NCBI GenBank assembly: GCA_965644315.1
Contig: CBFFRQ010000026.1
Span: forward strand, 7,103-71,102
Source of the DNA: Caecitellus pseudoparvulus
Taxonomy: Eukaryota > Protista > Bigyra: Bicosoecida
DNA length: 64,000 bases
Direction: 5' to 3'
Part shown: positions 54,287 to 64,000 of the stretch, one piece after another
How positions within the stretch are numbered: position 1 is the stretch's first letter
Layout: the number at the start of each line of letters is the position of its first letter
Notes under the pieces: generated by a model
Database searches by the model: none
Seen by the model: only the letters and a program-made list of their open reading frames with translations
What the model was told of the DNA's origin: nothing
Made by a program: the position numbers and the translations under genes

Positions 54287-54343
54287 GCGCGACCTCGACG
54301 CGATCTCGGCGCGACTTCGCATTGAAAATGCATGCTGCGCCCT

Positions 54344-57300
54344 TCAACGGGTGGCCGGCGTGGGCCCAGTGCCCGCCTTGCCCCCCCGCCGCCGCCGCAG
54401 CGCAGCCCTGCGTTGAGCGCGGTACTCTTTGAACTGCGCCTCCTTGCGCGCACGAGCTGAGGTCGCGGGGGAAGGCACCCCGTGCGCCTTGAATGCCCGC
54501 GTCGGCCGCAGGTACGACTCCGTGCCAGCCACGGCGAAAGCGGTGGTGCCGGGGACACTGCCTGGTGGGCCCACCCACTTGCCCTGAGCGTCACGGTGGG
54601 GCACCGCGCCAGGCGCATCGCCCGCCGACCCCCCGCCATCCACGTCCCCGCCCCCCTCCTCCGCCGCCTCCGCGTCCGCTGCAGCCAGCAACGCAGCGAA
54701 CTGGGCGTCTCGACTCGCACTGACGTCATCCTCAGTCAAGTGCCCTTCCAGGGCTGCGGCGAAGATGGCGCCACCGGTGCGCCCAGACACCCGCGACCCC
54801 ATCACGCTGTCCATGTGCAGCACCTCATCCTCCTCCTCCGCTGCCGCGGCGGCGGCCGCCTCCGCCTCCGCCAAGGCGCCTGCCGCATCCAGCTGTGCGA
54901 GTGGAGTGGGCGACCCGCCCCCCCCCGCCACCCCCGCCACACGCACAGCCACCTCCCCCGTCACATCCCGGACACCGGGGCGGGGCCCCTCTGCCAGCTT
55001 GCGCTCCAGGGCGGCCTTGCGTACGGCTGCCCGGCGGGCCTGCAGGTCTTCGAAGGAGGAGCTGAGGCGGTTCAGCGAGAAGTCTGACACGTACTGCTTG
55101 AGGGCGCGCTGGGAGGCGGTGAGGCGGCTGCCGCCTGCCGTGCGGCTGGTGACGCCAGTCATCACAGAGGAGGCGTCCCCCCCGCCGGACCCCGCCCCCC
55201 CCTCCCGCTCCATGGACCCCTCCACCAGGGCGTTCGCCAGAGCCAGAGCGTCCAGCCCTCCAAGCGGGGCGTGGGGTGAGCGGCTGGCGGGGGCAGTGGG
55301 GGGGCGGCGGAGGGGGGGGCTGTCTCCTCCTCCATGGACCCCCCTCCCTCCACCGCCTCCCGTGCCAGGCGCTCAATGGGCGTCTCCCCCACGTCCGGTG
55401 CGAACTGCACCCCGCGCCGAGGGGGGGGGGCCTCCAGCACCACCTGGGGGGGGGGTTCAGGGGGGGCCACACCCCCCCCCTGTTCACGCGCCTGCAGTGC
55501 CTGGGACTGGCGGGCGTGGGCAGGGGGGGGCTTCTTCTTGCCTCGCTTCTTGCCCTTGGCCGCTGCTACCCGCCGCTGCAGCTTGGAGGGGGACACCTTG
55601 TCTGCGAAGTAGGTGGAGTTGGGGGGGGGGGCCTTCACACGGGGGCCGGTGGTCAGTGCGTCCCGGTCTGGGCTGTACCGCGTGAAGTGGCGCTTGTCTC
55701 TCGCAGCGACGTGGGGCAGCCACATGTGGCTGGGGATGCTGCGGGGAGGCGAGGCGGTGGGCGGGGACGTGGGCCCATCCTCCCCCACTTCGTCGCTGAA
55801 CACGGCACTGCCGACACCCGACACGCCCGCACTGCGCCGGGTGGCCAGGGCGTGTTCCACGAACACCGTCATGGACGAGGGCGACCTCGCATCGCGCGAC
55901 GCCACCCTGCGACTGGGCACCTTGGCCCCCACGCCCGTCTTGCCCTGGGGGGACCCTGCCGCCGTCGCCACGAGACAGGTGTGCACTGCTGCTTGCAGTG
56001 GTGGGGGGGGCGCATCGCTCAGCGCCCAGCCAGGCAGCAGTACCCGCAGCAAGTGGTTCTCGGCGTCAGACACGACGACGAGGGGGGGCAGGTACTCCGA
56101 GGGGGGGGGGACCCCGCCCCCCCCCAGCCCAGCATGCGGCAGCACACACACGTCCATGGGGCAGCGGAAGGCTGCCCGCACAGCGGCGCCGTCGGCATAA
56201 CCCGCCTTGGAGGGGGGTACCAGGCGAGGGCGAGGGGGGGTGGCACCCCCCTCCACCATCTCCCCCGCCAGCCCCGGCACCGACCGCGCGACGTCGGCCG
56301 GGAGGAGGGTGCCGCCCGGCACGCCGACGGGGCCGGTGACGGACGTAACGTGGGCGAAACGCACGGCGAAGGGCACCTGCCGCCCCAGCCCTTGCAGCAT
56401 GCCCGCCCCCACGTCTGTGATGTTGAGGGCTGGGCCCAGCATGCGGATGGCGCCATTGCCGGAGTCGGCGATGAGCGCCACGGTGACGACACGTGGGCCC
56501 ATGTCCTCCGCAGGTGGCGCCACCCGCCGCTCCTTGGCGCGCACCCGGTGCCGTCGGCTGGCACTGCCGCTGCGGCCCCGACTGGAGGACCGTGAGCGCC
56601 GAGAGGCCACGGACCGGCCGTCGTCCTCATCATCCGTGTCGAGGCCAGGGCTGGACCAGGCGGAGCCTGGGCTGATGGCCCGCAACAGGTGACTCTGCCC
56701 CGCCCCGCGCAAGTACTCGCCACGCACTGCGCGCTCGTACGCTTGGCGTGGCACGTGCAGCAGGGCCAAGCCGTGTGGTGCCCGCAGCAGAGCCCTGGCA
56801 GCAGGGCCGTCTCGGAAACCAGGCACACCGCTGCTGCCGCCGCCGCTGCTGCCTGTGGCGGGGGCCTTCGACTGGGGGCCGCCGGAAGGGGTGGGCCCAC
56901 CCCCCCCCCGCAGGAGGGAGGTGCCGGCAGAGGCGCCAGATGTCTTGGCCAGGCGAGCGGTGTGGGTGGTGTGGGCGGGTGTGGAGGAGGACCCCCCCCT
57001 GCCTGGACCCCGGGGGGGGGGCTCGGGGTTGTCCCGTACCCGCCCCCCTGCAAGGGTGCGCACTGCCCAGGGTGCGGCGTGGTCCGCCCCGGCTGGGGGG
57101 GGCACCAGCACTCGCACGGCGTGGTTCTTGCTGTCTGTCACCAGCACCACCCCGTCGGAGTCAACCGCCAGGCCCACTGGTGCGTTGAAGCGCGCCTGGC
57201 TGCCCTCGCCGTCGGCAAACCCCGGCTCCTCGCCACACCCTGCAATGGTGGTGACGAACAAGCCCTGCCGACCAGGGCGCCCCGCCAAGCGCCGAATGGC

Positions 57301-58017
57301 ATGGTTCCCCGTGTCTGCCACCAGCACAGAGCCGTCTGGCAGCACTGCGAGGCAGGACGGGTTGCGGAATTGGGCCCGGCCAGCCAAGCCGTTGGCGAAG
57401 CCTGCCACGCCAGTGCCAGCAACTTCCCGCGCCGTCGTCGTCGCTGGCGGCAGGCGGAAGTCTTTGGCAGTGAGAGGCTCGCCCCTGGCACGGGCTGCAC
57501 GCACTGCAGGGGAGTTGCGGGGCACTGCCAGTGGCGGCACGCCCGTTCCCTGCGTTGCCGCAGCGTGTGCGGATTTTGAGCCGGCACCGCTCGGCTCGTA
57601 CTGCACCATGAGCAGCTTGTGGTGGTTGCGGTCCAGCAGCAGCATGCCTTGCTGTCCATCAATGCAGACAGGCGCAGAAAACTTTTGCTGCCGAGCTGCG
57701 CGCGCCTTGCCGGAGCCTTGCGTCGCAATGCTGCTGATTGCACCCGCCGCCACCTGCAATCTCCGAAGCGTGTGGTTGCGCTCGTCCACGATGGCCACAG
57801 TGCCGTCCCCGAAGGGCGCAGACAGGAACGCAGGCATGTCAAAGGATGCCTGTTTCATGTCTACGATGGGCTCGGAGGCCCCTCGCTTGCCTCGCCCGGC
57901 CAGCGTGGACACGCCAGGCCACAGGCGTGTTGCACGCGATGCCAGCACACTCGTGCGCTTCGCACGGTGTCCTGTTCGCCCCGGCGGCGTCACGCTGCGG
58001 TGGCCTGCGCCGTGCAT
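54344..58017 (-). CDS. NHL-repeat beta-propeller protein with a long disordered C-terminus; reading-frame break near 55285-55320
   Basis: NHL motifs AGTGVAGFANG..AQFRNPSCLAVLPDGSVLVADTGNHAIRRL, GFADGEGSQARFNAPVGLAVDSDGVVLVTDSKNHAVRVL, GFRDG, IADSGNGAIRML and VSDAENHLLRVL. ORF 55162-58029 continues naturally in ORF 54344-55225. Confidence 0.8.
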
Positions 58018-58898
58018 GATACTGCACACACTGCTCTGCGTCTGGTCAGCGCCCCCTTGCCTTTCCCTCCGCTGCTTAAGTGTTGCAGGCTGCCGGTGAC
58101 AACTTGCAGCGGCAAGCTGCAGTGGCTCAGCTCAAGCGCCAGGGACCTCCACGCAAAATGGCGGGCAGTGACTCGAAAAAGGTGAGTGCCATCTTCCACT
58201 GCGCCGTACTGGGTGTTGTATGTTTGGCTGTGCGCGGGATTTGCCCGGAGCTTCCACAGACCTGTGACGCAAGGGAAGGTGCGCCGGCAGTCACTGCCGA
58301 TGGTCGTTCCATACGACATGCACTCCATAGTGCTTTCAAGCCGACAGATGGGTGGCTTCCTGACTGCACCCTGCTCCTGCCCACTGTGCAGGCGTGGCGC
58401 TAGTGATGCTCTCCGTGGCCTGCACTCCAGCCGCCAGTCTGCAGGCGTGCGCAGCACAGTCCAACCTTGCAGCACCAGCATCTGCAGTCTCAGCGCGCTG
58501 GGCCGCTCACAGCAAGGGGGTGGGGGGGCCTAGCACAGCGCAGACTTGCGTGCTCCAGTAGAGAGGCAGCGGCTCTGGCGTTCTTCGGCTGGCGGCAGCG
58601 TTACACCACCGTGCTTGCGCAGCGGCAGCCTGGAGCTGTCAAGGTTGACTGCATGTCAGACCTCTTCTTCGCAATTCAGAGCCAAACAACAGCAACAACA
58701 CAAGCTCTGAAGTAGCCACTGGGCTTTGCCGCAGCTGGTCGCCCCTGGGAGTGCCGATGGCCCGCTTTTGTTTGCAGCGTTTCAAGCCTGCAGCTGCGTT
58801 TCCTCACAGTGACCTGTCTCTGAACCACTGGCACGGCGCTGCACGAGTGTGCAGGCAGCACCACCTCTTTCCACACTGGCAAGAGGAAACAGTACAGC

Positions 58899-61800
58899 AT
58901 GGCCTCTGCTGACTCCACTGCCCCTGCTGGAGTCCGCCCTGTGCCAGTCTCTAGCAAGGTGAGCCGTGACGCCATGCCTCCGTCCTCACAGCCTTCCTTC
59001 AGCCAAACGCACGCGCCCCTTGCTGCTCCAGGCTGCCCAAGGCACAGGCTATGATGAAGCACGTGCACGTGTTGCTCAGCAAAGGTTGGAGGCCCTCGAG
59101 AACAGGGCGGAGGCTACTTGGCAGATGCGGGTGGTAGCTACCAACGCAGCATGCCCCACTGGCTCATCCTCTGAAGTCAGTGCCCTGGCTCAAAGTCAGA
59201 CCCCTACCGTGCTGAGGTATTCCTCACGGGAGGTCAGGCAGGAAGTCCTGGCAGCTCTGGACTCTCTGGGCCACGCTGATTTCCCTGCAGAAGGCTGTCT
59301 GGCGGCGAAGCTGGCCCTACAAGGTTTCCAGGTACGTGTTGCGCCAAACTGCGACTAGACCCATTGAGGCCACTGCCACACTCACTGGTCGACACGATGC
59401 TTTGCTTCGCCTGGCACAGGGCCAGCTGAGACCTGACGCAGCCATGGTCGCTCTGCAGACAGGCGTCCTCAAGCTCGCACATAAGCTGCTGCAGAAGGCA
59501 CTTCCCCAAGGCCAATCGAGTGACAGCGCCCTTGTCCTGCTGATCCAACACTGCATGGGCTGCGACCTGTCATCATTCCTTCCGGACGGCACAGGGGTGA
59601 GGCCGCCTCCGCCAGGCGAAGTGCCCACATCTGTCTGGCTTGCGGTGGTGAAGGCACACCTCCTCCCAGCGGCCCAGCTGAAGCATCTTGGGCTGCAAGT
59701 GGACCGGATCCTGGAGGGAGCAGGGGTTGAGAATGTTGCCCTGCCGCTACACCAGCTCATTCAAGAAAGTTGGCGCGCTGTCGAGCAAGCTGAGACAGCA
59801 AACAGCCAACCTGGTTCACCAGCCCAGCGCCAAGAAGAACCTTCTCCCCAACAACGACTCATCGTCGGACTCTTCGGCTGGATGACATACACAACGGCTG
59901 GCTTCCTGCATCGTGACCCCAGCAAGTGCTGGTTCATCAACCTTTTCCTGGACCAGCCAGCAGACGGCTGTGAAACGGAACCACCCGCAACTGCCGAGTC
60001 AGCCTCCCTCATCGGCGACGACGAGCGCTGGAGCCAAGGTTGCAGACCTGTGTTTGAGGGGGGGCGCTTGACGGCCATTGTCCTCTGCGTTCCCTTGCTG
60101 CGTGGGACAGCCCTGGACGTGGGCTCGCGCAGTGGAACGAAGGGCTTGCGTTGCGAGGAGGAGAGAGTCACTGTGTCCGCTGCTCCAGTTCAGACTGGAG
60201 CCTGGCGTGAGCATGAGAGGCTGCAGGGTCAGAACCATGAGGTGCATTGCACTGAGTTCGTTCTGACCCGGGAACGAGCCCTCTTCTTCGCCAAAGCCAT
60301 GAAAGGGGCGAAGGGGGTGGTGCTTGCTGCCCCAGCAGGCGTTGGCAAGACAGAGTGCGTGCTGGCACTGGCTGCCATGCTCGCCGTGGGAGCAGGTGGA
60401 AGCGTGGTGTACCTGCCCGTGGCGTCCATGCTTGCCACAGGGACTCCGATCACAGCCCTGCGCAGAGAGCTGCTTCGAAGCTTCGGTGCATTGTCCTGTG
60501 ACACTGACTTCACCGATCCAAAGCTGCAGCGCCAGCTTCTTGACCTGCACCAAGCCCAAGACCACGATGCTGTGCTGACCGCCTTTCGGGGCTTGAAAGA
60601 GGCTTTCCTGGGACAAGACCCCGGGCCAACCAGGGCCGGGCGGCGCATGATCATCATGGACGATGTCCAAGCACTCCTCTCCACGGTGTCTGCTCCAGTC
60701 GCCGAGGCTGCCCCCTCTCAGGACGGAACTGCCGCGGCACTGCTGTCCACGGGTATTTCCACAGGTGTCGTGGGCACCATTGGCCCAGACCTTCGGGCAT
60801 TCGAGCAGCTTGACACCACAAGCGACACTCAACGGCTGGGGCTTCGAAGTGCCGTCGCCGACAGCGATGTTGTCGAGCTTGGGGGCTTCTCAGCGGGCGT
60901 GGTTATGGAGATGATGGGCAGTGCTTCACCTGGGCCACGAGCAGGTGCAGGAGCCGGCGGTGGCGGCGGGGGCTCGTTTCTGCAACTCCCCGGCCCTGCG
61001 CACGAGTTCGCCGCCGAACCCGAGTTTGAGAAGATGGTGAAAGTGTTTGTGGAGTACTCAGGTGGCTCGGCAGGGGCTCTACAGACCTTGGTGAAGGTCC
61101 TGAGCGGAGCTTCCGACTTGTGTCACGGGAACCTGAGAGCAGTGTTCAGATCTGCCTTGCAGGAATGGGACACGGTCCTGCGTGACTGGCTGTGTGACCA
61201 AGCCTCCTTGGTGTGGGGTGCCGGTCAACTGAATCCCTTGCACGTCCCATTTCGGGTCTTGAAGCGGCTGTATGCTGCGACCTGGCTCGAGGCCCCCGCT
61301 GCAACCTACGCGGGCGGCAAAGTGACGAACCCCTTCCACCAGACCAGATGTGCCACTGCGGCTCTGGAAAGAGCAGTGCTTGCATTGCAAGCGAAGCATC
61401 TGAAATTGTTGCACCCTGGCGAACACTCCTGCGAGGTGTTTGAGCGGATGGGTGTGGGCCGCAAAATGGCCCCACACTTCACCATCACCGAGCACCTTGC
61501 CTGCTCCATCGTCCACATGGGGAGGACTGGGGCCAACTTTATCCCACTGTCCCCCAATGCCGGCCAGCCTCCCAGATGGCTTCTGGCGGGTGGCTCCTTG
61601 TCAACAGACTGGCAAGCTGCCGGCGAGGCCACAACCCTGGACGGTGTTTCTGATGGGCCAGAGGCGACTCTGACGTTTGATCTATCGGACGTTGCGCGGA
61701 TCCACCGCCTCCAAGCTGGCGAAAAGGTGGTCTCCAAAACCTGCCACAACTTCCCAAAGACTGACTGCCTGGTTGTTGGAGGGGAGTGCTTGGAAGGTGG

Positions 61801-62557
61801 AGGCACCTCCTGGCAAATGGCGTTTGAGGAGATCACTGAACAATCATTGGGTGGTCATGCCAGCAGGTCAACCTTTGGCAACCCCGATGTCAGGGGTCTG
61901 ACCCACGAAGAGGCCCAAAAGATGCTGAGTGGCGCCCCACGAGACCTTGCCTGTCTGATCGCAGACAAGAAGTGGTTCTTGAGGGAACACGAGGGCGGTT
62001 CAGTGGAAGTTTGCGATTGGTTCAAAGCTCTAGAGACTAACAGGCCGTTGGTCGAGGAGTGTGTCTCGTTGGCCACAGCCATTCTGCACGCACGTGGGAT
62101 CCCCCTCAATGTGCAGGGCTACGTGGAGCGGGGAGACGGTGGCAAGCCGGTCCTTCACTTGGACAAGACAATCGCAGTCGGAGAAGATCGAGGGAGAATC
62201 TCTCGTCGTGTACGAGAGGCTCTCAGGAGGTCGAGCCCTCAGCCAGAAGGCGCAGAGCCGGCACAAGTTCCCCCACACCCTCAATCTGAAGCTACGGGTG
62301 GCGCTGCAAGGGGCAGCCTTGTCCCTTCACGAAGGCCAGAAGCTGAGGAATGCGAGCCTGGTCTCCTCTCGAAATGGAGGGAGCCCGAAGATCTTAGCAT
62401 CTTCTTTGTCTACTGCTCAATGACACCCAACCAAGGAAAGGGAATAGAAATTGCGAAGGCGCAGACTGCCGTTCCGGGCTACTTTGCACTCACAGGCAAC
62501 GCCTGCTATGCTGACCACTACCCCCTGCTCGCTGCCCCTGCTGCTGTGCCAACATGA
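58899..62557 (+). CDS. Crinkler/RHS (CR)-type protein: N-terminal header + P-loop NTPase + restriction-endonuclease-like domain
   Basis: Exons 58899-58958, 59032-59331, 59420-62557 (phase-0 GT-AG introns). Walker A VVLAAPAGVGKT (60329-60352), Walker B MIIMDD (60647-60664), a YSGGSAGAL helix motif, and REase-like NFPKTDCLVV...MAFEEIT (61748-61837). Confidence 0.65.
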
Positions 62558-63349
62558 GGATTCCACGAAAGGCAGTGAGGAGGAGGCAGACTCAAGGCTG
62601 ACGGCCTCGAACGAAACACTGCGCTTCTTGAAACCACTTGCAGACTTGCCACCAGCTCCAGTGCTGTGGGCGAAGCTGTTGGACCCTTGACTCTGCCGCT
62701 CGTGCACAAGTTGCATGACGGCTGCTCTGGCTCCAGGAATTGATTCAATTCAAGCTTCAGTCCCCCACAAGCAACCCTACTCCACGCCTCTGCCGCAGCT
62801 TACTCGACAGAATGGCAGGTGAAGGTGGCCAAGTTGATGCAGGATGGTGCAATTCTCCAAGGTGAAGAGGCTATGTCGGATCCACGGAGGAGTATCGAGG
62901 TCAGCTCAGAAGGCACGAAGAGCCCAAGCAGGCGGCGGAGGACCCGAAGCAGGGCAGGCCCAAACCTTGAAAAGATCATGAAGGCACCCAAACGAGCAGA
63001 AGCCGAGGCGGCAATCCACGTCATGAGGCAAAGAGGCCCAGGGACAAGTCTGCCGGTCGAATCAGCACTGGATCTCGAGTTGCTCATCTCAGAAAGCCAA
63101 GGTGCAGGACTGACTGGCACATTCCTCCAACCACAGAGGGGACAAGCGTCTACACTGGCACGAGGGAAGCCGAACAGATGCCATGGGCGATCCCTTTGGT
63201 CTTGCTCTTGAGGAGTGCATTCTTGAGCCCGTGAGACAGCGCATGTCTCATGAGCATGAGTTTCAGGTTCGACGCGCTCGGCAAGGCAAGTGCCGGCCAC
63301 GTCCACCTGCGCTTGCTCCGACCTCAGGTCTGCCTGGCAAGTGTCCCCT

Positions 63350-64000
63350 TCACAACATGAGGGAGCGGCCGTCCGCATCTCCGTGCGGCTGTCCACGGTT
63401 CAGCGCAATCTGAGCATCCTGCAACGGCCTCAGCGGCCCTCGTGCATGACCCGCACCGCCCTTCGATGACGGCGACAGCAACGAGCACAGCTTTGCCCAC
63501 GCGCCGCCAGACTGCTCTGCCTTGAGTCCAACATGCACCTCTCGACCCAGCTCATGGAGGCCAGGTGGGCGCACCGTCCAGCCGGCCTCCAGCTCCTGGC
63601 ACAGCGCCGGCAGCTCCAACGCCATGCAGTCCGACAGGAACCCGGCAAGCACCCTGATCGCTGCTCCTTCGCCACACTCAGAGTTCTCCAGCAGCGTGTA
63701 TGACTGCTCCAGGACGTCTGGTCTGAGCAGCCGCAGCGCAGTCTTGAGCTTGAACAGGGGAGGGCGGCAGTGGAAGCCCTTCACAGCATGCCTTTCCTTC
63801 CTTTCCCAGCACGGGCAGTCGCAGCGGCGTTTGCGCTTCTTGTCATCCTTGCACCGAAGCATGAGAGCATACTTCGCCGCCAAGACAGCGTTCTCGAGAC
63901 CAGGCCTGCGCTTCAGCCCGCGCTCCAGACTGCCCAGGGCAGCCTTCATCTGGCGCAGCTCAGACTCTGGCAGTCCATCAAGGGCAGGCTGGAAGCGCGT
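63350..64000 (-). CDS. 3' part of an uncharacterised protein entering from beyond the window
   Basis: The frame is open from 64000 to the stop at 63350 (...MKAALGSLERGLKRRPGLENAVLAAKYALMLRCKDDKKRKRRCDCPCW...). Sense-strand AATGCA lies at 63216-63221. Confidence 0.5.
   Translation of the reverse strand, partial: TRFQPALDGLPESELRQMKAALGSLERGLKRRPGLENAVLAAKYALMLRCKDDKKRKRRCDCPCWERKERHAVKGFHCRPPLFKLKTALRLLRPDVLEQSYTLLENSECGEGAAIRVLAGFLSDCMALELPALCQELEAGWTVRPPGLHELGREVHVGLKAEQSGGAWAKLCSLLSPSSKGGAGHARGPLRPLQDAQIALNRGQPHGDADGRSLML

Noticed and set aside
58158-58561. ATG GCG GGC AGT GAC TCG AAA AAG followed by GTGAGT: possible small spliced gene or extra CR exons
   Set aside because: Plausible splice paths end in early stops and give no recognisable product; it cannot be supported without RNA data.
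62560-63400. Short ORFs on both strands (62819-63211 +, 62800-63396 -)
   Set aside because: No motifs and no clear strand bias; they may be decayed fragments.

Overview
Gene-dense, GC-rich eukaryotic genomic DNA with short (about 65-185 nt) GT-AG introns. An axonemal dynein points to a flagellated protist, possibly a heterotrophic stramenopile, but the taxon cannot be fixed from this window. Housekeeping genes: TMEM161-like, cytochrome c (5 introns, three micro-exons), inner-arm dynein heavy chain DNAH2/DHC10, PPAN/Ssf1, class 2 DHODH, a FAF2-type UBX protein, a giant WD40 protein, adenylosuccinate synthetase and an NHL-repeat protein. Three stretches with lower GC and relaxed codon usage interrupt them (about 8.6-16.1, 30.5-36.5 and 58.1-64 kb). 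These carry a helical-domain/pseudokinase/hypervariable-ankyrin gene, a divergent Hsp70 and two Crinkler/RHS-type NTPase(-REase) genes. The most striking non-coding signal is the hexamer AATGCA, found on the sense strand just downstream of most stop codons; it is a candidate non-canonical polyadenylation signal. No rRNA, tRNA, CRISPR array or intact transposon was recognised. All gene models and counts were made by eye.
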